This document shows positions 1-9,130 of a DNA stretch of 36,648 bases, one piece after another (the stretch's first letter is position 1; each line of letters starts with the position of its first letter). The translations under genes and the position numbers were made by a program. The notes below the pieces were generated by a model. It was given only the letters and a program-made list of their open reading frames with translations. It was not told the DNA's origin and searched no databases. Source of the DNA: a virus (taxonomy: Duplodnaviria > Caudoviricetes); IMG/VR virus record IMGVR_UViG_3300008255_000261, positions 1-36,648 of that record, one strand, 5' to 3'.

Positions 1-395
1 AGTATTTTAATAGTTGTAAGTATAGTAACTCATTGCATCATTAGTCTTTTATTAGTGCTTGACTGTTACTATAAAGAATTAGACTTTTCTTACTTCTTAC
101 AACTACAAGGAATTTCAACCTATATCGTTAGCTATAAAGTTTAGATTTAACTAAACACAACGATTAACTAACATTATCATTGTTTATTAGTACCCTCTTT
201 CTTATTACCTATTAACAATACTAAGATTACTCCGTTAATATCTCTTCTATTATAATTTTCAAATAGGCTCATATTATGTGGATTATTAACATCATGTGTT
301 TCATGATTAATATTTTTATGTAAATCACTAGTGTCATATCAGTTACTCCAATATTACCTTTATTTAAATTTACAAATTTTTAATGTTTAATTTTA

Positions 396-590
396 TTATT
401 CATATTTTTCTAAACTTTTAAACATTATTAATATTAATGATACTATTGATGTAACAAGTACTACCCCAACTCTTCCAGATTCTTTCCATTCAAATATATT
501 AATATTTCCTGAAATAAATATACCAAATAATATTACTATAATAAATATAGATATAAATATTATTGTGAATTGTTTTAATGTATTTTTCAT
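396..590 (-). CDS. small two-TM membrane protein
   Basis: ATG at 590 (MKNTLKQF...) preferred over the longer non-ATG start in the ORF track; two hydrophobic segments (FTIIFISIFIIVILFGIFI, VGVVLVTSIVSLILIMF). Confidence 0.65.
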   Translation of the reverse strand: MKNTLKQFTIIFISIFIIVILFGIFISGNINIFEWKESGRVGVVLVTSIVSLILIMFKSLEKYE

Positions 591-1092
591 GTTATTATTA
601 TTAATTAATAAATTAAATTGTGTTTTACACCTAAAACTTTGATTATTCTTAATATACACTTATATGCGTAGACAAAAGAACTAAACTATCACTATTAGAT
701 TCTAATAGCTATTTTAGATTTATCAAAGAAATTGGTGTTCTCAACATCTTGGAAAGAGTTAAGTTTTTTATTAATTATTTACATTTTGTTAAATAGTTAA
801 CAACTATGCTATATTTTTTACAATGTTAATTGATTTTTAACGAGTTGTTATAATGGTAAATAATGTTTGGGTGGGTTATACACCCCTTTATTCATGCACC
901 TTTCCAGAGCTTTTGTATATAAACTCTTTCAATATTTTCACTCTTCCTACAAAAATTATATTTCATCGATAATATTTACACTTAATCTGATAAAAACTTT
1001 TTTTCTCCCGAGGATAAATTTACTTTTTATTAATTTCTTCCTACAAGAATAGATTAAAGGTATAATTTTATCGATGAAATACATTAGAATAA

Positions 1093-1185
1093 TTAAGCTT
1101 CTGTTTTAGGATCAAAATTATGAAGAAACCAACCAACTTCTTGTTTGTTTAAATAGTCTTCAATCAATGTTTCTGTTGTTGTCAT
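1093..1185 (-). CDS. 30-aa hypothetical micro-protein (MTTTETLIEDYLNKQEVGWFLHNFDPKTEA)
   Basis: Translated by hand; starts 12 nt after the stop of 1198-1380 on the same strand with an A-rich leader; below the ORF-track cutoff. Confidence 0.45.
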   Translation of the reverse strand: MTTTETLIEDYLNKQEVGWFLHNFDPKTEA

Positions 1186-1197
1186 ATTGTTGTTATT

Positions 1198-1380
1198 TTA
1201 AAGTTTTAATATAAACATTCCATATATTGCTCTAGCTATTAATATAAGTGGTGCAAATACAATTAATAATAATAATAATGTCCAATCAAAATAGTCTATT
1301 TGATAATCATCATTCATTTCACTTTGAATATAAGTGAACAATCCATATCCAATCCATAATATTGTTATCAATATTCCCAT
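1198..1380 (-). CDS. small two-TM membrane protein
   Basis: ATG start, two hydrophobic helices with an acidic loop, operon-like spacing with neighbours. Confidence 0.65.
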   Translation of the reverse strand: MGILITILWIGYGLFTYIQSEMNDDYQIDYFDWTLLLLLIVFAPLILIARAIYGMFILKL

Positions 1381-1388
1381 GATTAAAA

Positions 1389-1577
1389 TTATTTTAATAT
1401 AAATTTTGTTTGTATATAATGTATATCATTTTCAATCATAGCATAAAATGTATATGTTCTCATTGTTTTTTCTTTGTCAAATGTTATTCCAATCCTTTTA
1501 CATTCTTCAAATAACAATGAATATTTAATGTTTGTTGGAACATATAATGTTTTAGAATATAATAATTGTGCTTTCAT
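1389..1577 (-). CDS. hypothetical protein
   Basis: ATG start, 8 nt from the next co-oriented gene. Confidence 0.55.
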   Translation of the reverse strand: MKAQLLYSKTLYVPTNIKYSLLFEECKRIGITFDKEKTMRTYTFYAMIENDIHYIQTKFILK

Positions 1578-1637
1578 AGTGTTTTAAAAAGCCCATCCCC
1601 AAGATGATAACACATCCCACCCATACATATAATAAGG

Positions 1638-1672
1638 AAAATAAAAGCACCCAAGATTAATTGAGTGCTTTT
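1638..1672 (-). terminator. intrinsic terminator after 1679-2137
   Basis: Minus strand reads AAAAGCACTCAA-TTAATC-TTGGGTGCTTTT-ATTTT, just after the stop codon. Confidence 0.7.
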
Positions 1673-1678
1673 AGATTG

Positions 1679-2137
1679 TTACAATGCTGCCATTAATGAG
1701 GTTAACGTTTCTTGTGTCAATGGTGCTTTCTTTAATGCTTCAAAGTTATTTTCCAAAGCAAGGAATTGAAGTGCATTAATGTGTTCAGCTTTACTTACGT
1801 AGCTAACAAGCTCGTAGTATTTAACATCAATAGTTTGGTCTGAAACTTCTCCTGTTTTTTCATCAACAACTTGAACAGTTTTAGCATGTGTTAATTCTTT
1901 CAATTGAACACTTGCTAATTTTCCCTCATGTTTTAAGGTGATGAACTCTGCTTTTTCATCAGAAGGAACACTGAATTGACACCCGTTGTAAGAGAAACGA
2001 TGAAAGGTCTTACCGTCAATAGAACGTTGTCCTGTTTTGTAAGGAAACATTCCTTGCAGTTGCATTTTTTGAATGTCCATTACGTTTAAGTTAATAATTT
2101 TAGCCTCTACTGTAGTGTTTTTAACATCTGTAGCCAT
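1679..2137 (-). CDS. hypothetical protein, first gene of the leftward cluster
   Basis: 152-aa ORF with protein-like composition and its own terminator. Confidence 0.85.
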   Translation of the reverse strand: MATDVKNTTVEAKIINLNVMDIQKMQLQGMFPYKTGQRSIDGKTFHRFSYNGCQFSVPSDEKAEFITLKHEGKLASVQLKELTHAKTVQVVDEKTGEVSDQTIDVKYYELVSYVSKAEHINALQFLALENNFEALKKAPLTQETLTSLMAAL

Positions 2138-2297
2138 AATATTTTGTTTTTTAAAATTAGTGTGCGCATAATTACATGGGGACTACCCCCAACCGCACAA
2201 ATTCAACTGGGGGTTATTGTATGGAGTGGTCACAACACTCATCTATAAACCACTTTTCAAAATTAGAAAAAAATTTTTTAAAAAAATTATAAAAAAA

Positions 2298-2329
2298 TTT
2301 GCATAATAAAATTATACATTGTAATTTTG
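2298..2329 (+). promoter_or_regulatory. Bacteroidota primary-sigma-type promoter
   Basis: TTTG (2298-2301) - N20 - TAATTTTG (2322-2329) matches the -33/-7 consensus; further TAnnTTTG boxes at 2458-2465 and 2481-2488. Confidence 0.6.
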
Positions 2330-2500
2330 GGGGGTGGGGTGGGAATAGATATAAAGGATGTTTCATTTAAACGCTTTTACTTTTTCCAGATATAAACAAA
2401 AATTATAGAGAAAATTAATAATAGTTATTATAATATAGCTATTCAAATTATTTTTTATACATTTGTATGTTATTTATTTGTATATTTGTAAAACTAAATT

Positions 2501-2854
2501 ATGGAAAGTAAAAAAATAATATTTCAACGTATTAGAAGAAGGGTTGTAGATAAATATGAATTAGCTGAAAAGTATTATTCATTGTTAGCTACAGTGAATG
2601 ATATTTCTTTAACAAAGCGAGAAATACAATTAATAGCCTTTATAGCTATACATGGAAGTATTTCTTACGTTAATAATAGACAACAGTTTGTAACAAAGTA
2701 TAAAACATCAGAGGCTACAATTAATAATTTAATTTGTAATTTAAAGAAGTTGAATATTATAATTAAAGAAGGGGGAAAGATAAAAATTAATCCTAATATT
2801 TTGTTGGATTTTAACAACACGCTTAAATTGGAAATAAATTTAGAGAATGAATAA
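2501..2854 (+). CDS. winged-helix DNA-binding protein, RepL-like
   Basis: LTKREIQLIAFI...KTSEATINNLICNLKKLNIIIKEGGKIKINP is a wHTH ending in the RepL-type 'INP' motif; position upstream of terminase as in crAss-like phages. Confidence 0.65.
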   Translation: MESKKIIFQRIRRRVVDKYELAEKYYSLLATVNDISLTKREIQLIAFIAIHGSISYVNNRQQFVTKYKTSEATINNLICNLKKLNIIIKEGGKIKINPNILLDFNNTLKLEINLENE

Positions 2855-3209
2855 GCCTGAAAGTATGTCCATTAAAGAATGGATTATTAAGAACATTTCT
2901 AGAAAATTGATGATTCCAGAGAAAACTATAAATGTGGTTATAACACATCAGTTTGATTCTGCCAATGAAGCTTTAAAGAATAAGAATAGTGTTGAGCTCT
3001 ATGAATTTGGTAAGTTTTTATTTAAAGAAAAAAGAGCTAAATATTTTTTAAAAAAAGTTTATTCCAAAAAAGAGGTGTTTACAAATATTATGAATGATGA
3101 AAATGTATCTGAAACTAAAAGAAGAAGTGCTTCTATAAAGTTGGAAGAAGCTTTAAGACATATTAAAGATATTGAACTAAAGTTAAAAATTGTTAAGGAT
3201 GAAAATTAA
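2847..3209 (+). CDS. HU/IHF-like DNA-binding protein
   Basis: IIKNISRKLMIPEKTINVVI...EALKNKNSVELYEFGKF follows the HU/IHF pattern (V-L-x-x-FG-x-F). Confidence 0.7.
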   Translation: MNKPESMSIKEWIIKNISRKLMIPEKTINVVITHQFDSANEALKNKNSVELYEFGKFLFKEKRAKYFLKKVYSKKEVFTNIMNDENVSETKRRSASIKLEEALRHIKDIELKLKIVKDEN

Positions 3210-3495
3210 TGTTTCACAAATTTATGAAGGATGGAAAAATCATATTCATCCTGAACACAAATTAAAAGAAATAATAAAAAGTACAAGTGAAGAAAGATTA
3301 AAAATATGTAGACAATGTTCTTTTAATTCATTAAATAGAAAAAACTATTCATCATTAAGAATAGATGAACATTGTATAGATTGTGGATGTACTTTAATAG
3401 CTAAAACAAAATGTCTTTCTTGTGAATGTCCACAAAGTAAATGGAAAGCTGTAGTTTCAGAAAATGAATATAACATAATGAAAAATGGAAAATAA
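3199..3495 (+). CDS. Cys-rich putative Zn-binding protein
   Basis: RLKICRQC...CIDCGC...K...CPQSKW; ATG at 3199. Confidence 0.7.
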   Translation: MKINVSQIYEGWKNHIHPEHKLKEIIKSTSEERLKICRQCSFNSLNRKNYSSLRIDEHCIDCGCTLIAKTKCLSCECPQSKWKAVVSENEYNIMKNGK

Positions 3496-3769
3496 TTTAA
3501 CAATAAGAAAAATTCCTGTAGATGTTTTATTGGATTTATTAACAAATTTATATAATCAAGGAGTGGATTATGTTGATTTAATAGGTGATATAAATGATGA
3601 AACACAAGAAGATAGAATAGGAATAGCTGTTTATAAAGAATATATGGCAAAAGATGTAGACGTTGAAGAATTAGTGTTTCCTGGAGGAACTCTTCCTTTA
3701 AAAATAAAAGAAGAATATTTTGAAGAGTTTAAAAAACTTTCAGAGGATGATTTAAATCAATTATTATGA
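3485..3769 (+). CDS. hypothetical acidic protein
   Basis: Overlapping start/stop with neighbours. Confidence 0.75.
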   Translation: MENNLTIRKIPVDVLLDLLTNLYNQGVDYVDLIGDINDETQEDRIGIAVYKEYMAKDVDVEELVFPGGTLPLKIKEEYFEEFKKLSEDDLNQLL

Positions 3770-4047
3770 GAAGAAATTATTTTAGACAAATATTAAAAAC
3801 ATTTGAAGAATTAAAAAAATCACATCCAAAATATGAAATTACAAAACATATAGCAACAGCTTTAGATGGACAAGATGTTTGGGGAATAAGTGATGAATCT
3901 TTTTCAAAGGCATTAAAAAAATATCAATCAGAACTAGAAATAGATATAATTCATAAAGAAGATGATATAGATGCTATTATAAAAGATGGTATGAATATAA
4001 ATAAATATTTCCTATCAAATGAACATCAAGAAGAGTTTTATGAATAA
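3766..4047 (+). CDS. hypothetical protein
   Basis: ATGA overlap with the upstream gene. Confidence 0.75.
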   Translation: MRRNYFRQILKTFEELKKSHPKYEITKHIATALDGQDVWGISDESFSKALKKYQSELEIDIIHKEDDIDAIIKDGMNINKYFLSNEHQEEFYE

Positions 4048-4052
4048 CTATT

Positions 4053-4382
4053 ATGACTGTTAAAAAAACTACATATATTAATGCGGAGTTGGATTGGGCA
4101 GAAGAACAATTAAATTCTTGGAAAGCTTATGTTGATGCTAATCCTTTACATGAGTTAGAAGATAGAATTCAATTCAGAGAAACAAAAACAGGAGGAGCTA
4201 TTCCAATGGTTATAGCCTCTATTGAATCTCAAGGAAAATTCGTACAAGATACAATGAAAAATTATCTGGCTTTACTGGAACAAGTGAATAAATTAAGGGA
4301 AAAAGAAGAAGCAAAAATAGAAGTGAGAGGAAAAGGTGAATTAGGAAGTATGGCTGAAGACTTTCTTAAAGAAAGAAAATAA
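4053..4382 (+). CDS. hypothetical protein, possible terminase small subunit
   Basis: Helical 109-aa protein abutting terL; function inferred from position only. Confidence 0.5.
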   Translation: MTVKKTTYINAELDWAEEQLNSWKAYVDANPLHELEDRIQFRETKTGGAIPMVIASIESQGKFVQDTMKNYLALLEQVNKLREKEEAKIEVRGKGELGSMAEDFLKERK

Positions 4383-6407
4383 ATGAAACTACATAATGTT
4401 GATTACAAAGATTGGTTTATAAACCAAAAACGTATTCCTGATAGAACATCAGAAGAATATAAACCATTTTTTAATTATCATAAAGAATTATGTAATAATG
4501 GTTGTATGATGGATGGTGTTTACATCAATCCATTTTTATATTGGCATTTAAATATTTGGCATACAGAAGTTGATATATTAGATGAATATGGAAGAATCAA
4601 TCAAAAATATGCCAATCCGTATTTAAGAGATAATGAATGGTTAGTTACAAATGAAATAAATAGGGCCCAAAAAGAAAAAAAGGGGCTTGTTATTCTTGGG
4701 ATTAGAAGATTTGCCAAAAGTGTATTGGAAGCTAGTTATATAGGACATGGTGCTACATTTGATGAAAATTCACAAAATATTATTGCAGGGTTAAATGCAG
4801 CAGATATAAAACTTATTACAGATAAACTTGATAAAGGACTTAATTTTATTCCTGAAGCATGGAGATGGCAAAGAGTGGAAGACAATTGGAAAAATCAAGT
4901 GACGTTAGGTATTAAAACACGATCAGGAGAAAGAATACCATTTTCTCAAATTTTAATCCGTAACTTAGATGGTGGAAATAATGAAGAGGCCATTGCTGGT
5001 ACAAAACCACGTAAATTAATTATTGATGAAATAGGTAAAGGCTCTTTTTTAAGAGGACTACAAGCAGCCATTCCTGGGTTTACAACACCATTTGGATGGG
5101 GATGCTCTCCAATCCTTACAGGAACTGGGGGTGATATGAAGATGTTCATGGATGCTAAGTCATTAATGTTTGATGTTGATAATTTTAATTTTTTAACATA
5201 TAATAATGTTAAAGATGAAAAAAGAATTCATGGTTTATTTATAGGCCATAAATATAGAATGGAAGCTAAAGAGAAATCTTCTCTTGGAGAGTTTCTTGGA
5301 AAACCAAAATCATCTGCTCTATATAAGGTGGAAATGTTAGTTTCAAATGAACAAAAAGCTAATGACATCACTGATAGTAATTTAAAAAGATTAAAAAAAG
5401 CAGGAGATAGAATTGCATATTTAAAAGAAAAAATGTATTATCCAAAAGAAGTGGATGATATATTTTTAAATGAAGACACAAATATATTTGATATTGAAGC
5501 AGCTAAAAGACAAAAAGCAAGACTTTTATATCAAGAAAGAACAGGAACTCCTGTAATATTATATGATGATGGTGATGGTGTTAAACATCAATTTACTGAT
5601 AAATTACCTATTACAAACTTCCCATTAAAAAATGATGATAATAAAGATGCTCCTATAGTTATATATGAGTTTCCAATATCAAATCCTCCATATGGATTAT
5701 ATGTTGCAGGCATTGACCCTTACAGACAAGGTAAAGCAGCTTATAGTTCTTCATTAGGATCTGTTTATATTTATAAACGAATGCATTCTATATCTGGAGA
5801 AAAATATCAAGATATGTTTGTAGCCAGCTATTCAGCTCGTCCAGATAAAAAAGAAATATGGGAGGAACAAGCTAGACTTTTAATTAAATATTATAATGCT
5901 AGGGCTTTGTGTGAAAATGATGAAATTTCTTTTATAGATTATATGATTAGTAAAGGAGATGCTCATTATTTAGAAAAACAACCTTCATGGTTAAAAGAAA
6001 TTGTTCCAAACACCACAGTGAAACGTGATTATGGAATACATAGAAGTGCTGAAAAAATAAGAGATTTTTTACATGGATGTCTCAAAAAATATACAGAAGA
6101 AGTTATTCATATTGAAAAAGATGAAGAAGGAAATATAACATCTGAAACTAAAGGAATGTCAAAAATATTTGACCCTGTTCTTCTTGAAGAATTAATTCAA
6201 TATAACCAGGATGGTAACTTTGATAGAATTATAGCAGCAGAATTAGCGGTGGCATTAGCTATGAAAATGAATCCTATATATGGAAAACTAAGTGACGTGG
6301 CAGATGAACGTATAAATGCTTTATATAAAAAAAACAAAAAAACAAATTCAATTTTTCAAAACTCAAAAGGAGTGTTTACTAAAAGAAATAATAGATTATG
6401 GCAATAA
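4383..6407 (+). CDS. terL: terminase large subunit
   Basis: Walker A-like GIRRFAKS, Walker B LIIDEIGK, coupling motif TGTGG, nuclease motifs AGIDPY and GNFDRII. Confidence 0.92.
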   Translation: MKLHNVDYKDWFINQKRIPDRTSEEYKPFFNYHKELCNNGCMMDGVYINPFLYWHLNIWHTEVDILDEYGRINQKYANPYLRDNEWLVTNEINRAQKEKKGLVILGIRRFAKSVLEASYIGHGATFDENSQNIIAGLNAADIKLITDKLDKGLNFIPEAWRWQRVEDNWKNQVTLGIKTRSGERIPFSQILIRNLDGGNNEEAIAGTKPRKLIIDEIGKGSFLRGLQAAIPGFTTPFGWGCSPILTGTGGDMKMFMDAKSLMFDVDNFNFLTYNNVKDEKRIHGLFIGHKYRMEAKEKSSLGEFLGKPKSSALYKVEMLVSNEQKANDITDSNLKRLKKAGDRIAYLKEKMYYPKEVDDIFLNEDTNIFDIEAAKRQKARLLYQERTGTPVILYDDGDGVKHQFTDKLPITNFPLKNDDNKDAPIVIYEFPISNPPYGLYVAGIDPYRQGKAAYSSSLGSVYIYKRMHSISGEKYQDMFVASYSARPDKKEIWEEQARLLIKYYNARALCENDEISFIDYMISKGDAHYLEKQPSWLKEIVPNTTVKRDYGIHRSAEKIRDFLHGCLKKYTEEVIHIEKDEEGNITSETKGMSKIFDPVLLEELIQYNQDGNFDRIIAAELAVALAMKMNPIYGKLSDVADERINALYKKNKKTNSIFQNSKGVFTKRNNRLWQ

Positions 6408-8983
6408 TTAGATATACCAAAGATGCAACTATAAAGTATGCATATTTAAATATTTTTCCTGATCAGTTTAAAACCGATAAACAGAAAAAAGATGAGAGTT
6501 GGATTAAAAATACAATGGATTATTTTTCCAACAAAGCTTATGCAGAATATATGAAACATAGGGATACCTTTGTAAAAAACTATGATTTATTAAAAGGTAT
6601 TTTAAAACCTGAAGATTTTTATCAAGAGCCAGATGTAAAAAGTTTTACAGATATTTTAACAACAGATTTAGATCTTCCTTCTTATGTAAAAATGTATTCT
6701 ATTATGACCACTCCTATAAATGAATTAGTAGGAGAAGTTACAAAAAGACCAGATACATTTAAAGTGAAAGCATTTGATGATGATAGTAAATCAGAAGAAT
6801 TGGAATTTAAAACTCAACTTTTACAAGAATTTATAATAAATCAAGCTAAACAAAAAATATTAGAAAAAGCAGCAATAAAAGGTGAAGAAATAAATGAAGA
6901 AGATTTAGAGCAACTTACATTAGAAGAAGTAAAAGATGAATTAGATTCTTATACATCTATAGCTGAAAAATGGGCTAATCATATTCTTACATGTTTGAAA
7001 GCAGAATTTAATATAAAAGAAAAAAGTGAAGATGCATTTAGGGATTTATTAATTTCATCTAGACAATATTATCATGTGTATGAAGACAATTCAAAATTAG
7101 GATTTAATATAAAAGTTGAAAATCCTAAAAATACATGGTGGTTATCCACTCCTGATAAAAAATATATTTCAGATCCTACAGGAAGAATGCAAGGAGCGTA
7201 TGCTGCTGGTACAGTACATGTAATGGAATTTTCAGAAATAATTGAAACAATTCCTGAGCTAACAAAAGAAGAGATAGACCATTTAAGAACTTCTTTACAG
7301 GATTATGGATTAATAAACACTAGAGAATCTAATTTAGGAAACCCTAATGCAGGAACAGGTATTGATACTATTACATATGATACTTATGATCCATTGGTGT
7401 TACAAACACGAATGATGATAGAATCTGAAATTAAAGAAAATAATGATGGGCTTAGAGATTTTTTAGGGCTCACTTCCAATGTTTCATCTTTTGGATATAA
7501 ATATGTTGTAATTAAATCTTATTGGGTTAGTAAGAAAAAAATAGGAAAATTAACCTATGAAGATGAAATGGGAAATATTCAAACAATTCTTGTAGATGAA
7601 AATTATAAATCTGGTAATATTCCTACACAACTATCCTTAAAATGGGGATGGATAAATCAACTTATGGAAGGAACAAAAATTGGTCCAGATATTTATCATG
7701 TAAAGAATTTTGATATGCTTCCATATATTCCTATTTTAGGCACTATTCATGAAGTGAAGAATACAGAAGCTAAGTCTTTAGTGGATTTAATGAAACCCTT
7801 TCAAGCTATTTATAATTTATGTATGAACCAATTATGGAAACTTCTTGAAAAAGAAATTGGTAATGTTGGTTCTATAAATATACGTAGAGTACCCATTCCT
7901 AAAGATGGTGATGCAGCAGATGCTTTAGATATTTGGGAAATGGAAGCAAGAGAAAGAGGTATTATATTTGATGATGATTCACCTGAAAATTTAAAAGCTC
8001 CTATAAGTAACACTTCTGTTGCTAAAAATATTGATTTAACCAGAACAAATGAAATACAATCCAGATATAACTTAGCACAACAAATTAAAATGGAATGTTG
8101 GGAATTAATTGGAATGTCCAAACAGCGTATGGGGTCTATTGCTGCTAGTGAAACAGCTACAGGAACAAATACGGCTATGCAGCAAAGTTATTCTCAAACA
8201 GAACCTTTATTTGTAGCACATGAGTATGTACTTGGACAATTATATCAAGCAGTGGTAGATGCTTCTTTGTACATTGAAAGTGCTAAACCAGAATCAACTT
8301 TATCATACATCACTTCTGAAGGAGAAAGTGCTTTTATAAAAGTTAATGGTTCTGATTTAAAGTTAAGAGATTTAAAAGTGTTCTTGACCAACAGACCAGA
8401 AGATCAACAAATGTTTAATGAATTGAGACAACTTTCTCAAGCTATTATACAAAATGGTGGAACTCTTTATGATGTTGTAGAATTATATACAACAAAATCT
8501 CAAAGAGAAATGAAGAAAACTTTTAAAGAATTAAGAGACAGACAAATTGCACAACAAGAACAAGAAATGCAATTAAAACAACAACAGTTAAAACAACAAC
8601 AAGAACAGACTCAGGCTGCTTTACAACAAGCACAACTACAACATGATAAGGATATAGAAAATGAAAACTATCAGAAACAGTTAGATAGAATTAATAAAAA
8701 AGAAGTGGCAACCATTCAAGCTTTAAGAAATAATGAAAATGCCACCAAAGATGTTGATGGTAATGGTTTAGCAGATGCATTGGAAATAACTAATATGTCT
8801 TTAGAATATGAAAAAGCTTCAAAAGAACATCAAGTAAAACTTTCTGATATTAATTCTAAAACAGCAATAGCTAATAAAAAACTTGATATTGAAAGAGAAA
8901 AAAATCAAATAGCTCGTGAAAATATGAAAAATGATTTAGAAGTGGCTAAAACCAATGCTAAAGGAAGAACAAAAAATAAATAA
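6398..8983 (+). CDS. portal protein
   Basis: 861 aa directly after terL; SLVDLMKPFQ..YN and LIGMSKQRMG..ETATG portal-like segments; Q-rich C-terminal coiled-coil barrel. Confidence 0.88.
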   Translation: MAIIRYTKDATIKYAYLNIFPDQFKTDKQKKDESWIKNTMDYFSNKAYAEYMKHRDTFVKNYDLLKGILKPEDFYQEPDVKSFTDILTTDLDLPSYVKMYSIMTTPINELVGEVTKRPDTFKVKAFDDDSKSEELEFKTQLLQEFIINQAKQKILEKAAIKGEEINEEDLEQLTLEEVKDELDSYTSIAEKWANHILTCLKAEFNIKEKSEDAFRDLLISSRQYYHVYEDNSKLGFNIKVENPKNTWWLSTPDKKYISDPTGRMQGAYAAGTVHVMEFSEIIETIPELTKEEIDHLRTSLQDYGLINTRESNLGNPNAGTGIDTITYDTYDPLVLQTRMMIESEIKENNDGLRDFLGLTSNVSSFGYKYVVIKSYWVSKKKIGKLTYEDEMGNIQTILVDENYKSGNIPTQLSLKWGWINQLMEGTKIGPDIYHVKNFDMLPYIPILGTIHEVKNTEAKSLVDLMKPFQAIYNLCMNQLWKLLEKEIGNVGSINIRRVPIPKDGDAADALDIWEMEARERGIIFDDDSPENLKAPISNTSVAKNIDLTRTNEIQSRYNLAQQIKMECWELIGMSKQRMGSIAASETATGTNTAMQQSYSQTEPLFVAHEYVLGQLYQAVVDASLYIESAKPESTLSYITSEGESAFIKVNGSDLKLRDLKVFLTNRPEDQQMFNELRQLSQAIIQNGGTLYDVVELYTTKSQREMKKTFKELRDRQIAQQEQEMQLKQQQLKQQQEQTQAALQQAQLQHDKDIENENYQKQLDRINKKEVATIQALRNNENATKDVDGNGLADALEITNMSLEYEKASKEHQVKLSDINSKTAIANKKLDIEREKNQIARENMKNDLEVAKTNAKGRTKNK

Positions 8984-9061
8984 AAAAGTTATTTTTATTT
9001 TAAAATGAAAATAACTAATGCTATATTATCTTGAAAAGTAGAGTAAATATAAACATATTTC

Positions 9062-9092
9062 TTTGATAATTCAATATGTTGTAATACTTTTA
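9062..9092 (+). promoter_or_regulatory. putative Bacteroidota-type promoter for the capsid operon
   Basis: TTTG-N19-TACTTTTA (one mismatch to TAnnTTTG) in the portal/scaffold gap. Confidence 0.45.
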
Positions 9093-9130
9093 TACTTGTA
9101 AATAAAACCAAAATTTATAAAAACTACATT

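Noticed and set aside
11-105. Hammerhead ribozyme (minus-strand CTAATGA resembles CUGAUGA)
   Set aside because: No correctly placed GAAA or cleavage triplet in the junction
150-161. ACTAAACACAAC, identical to the inverse-core side of the attC-like site (minus strand of 22158-22169)
   Set aside because: No GTGTATAA arm or downstream GTTGT partner; it is part of a small local hairpin and probably coincidental
867-1052. 61-aa plus-strand ORF
   Set aside because: TTG start, opposite to the local gene direction, overlaps a structured element, low-complexity translation
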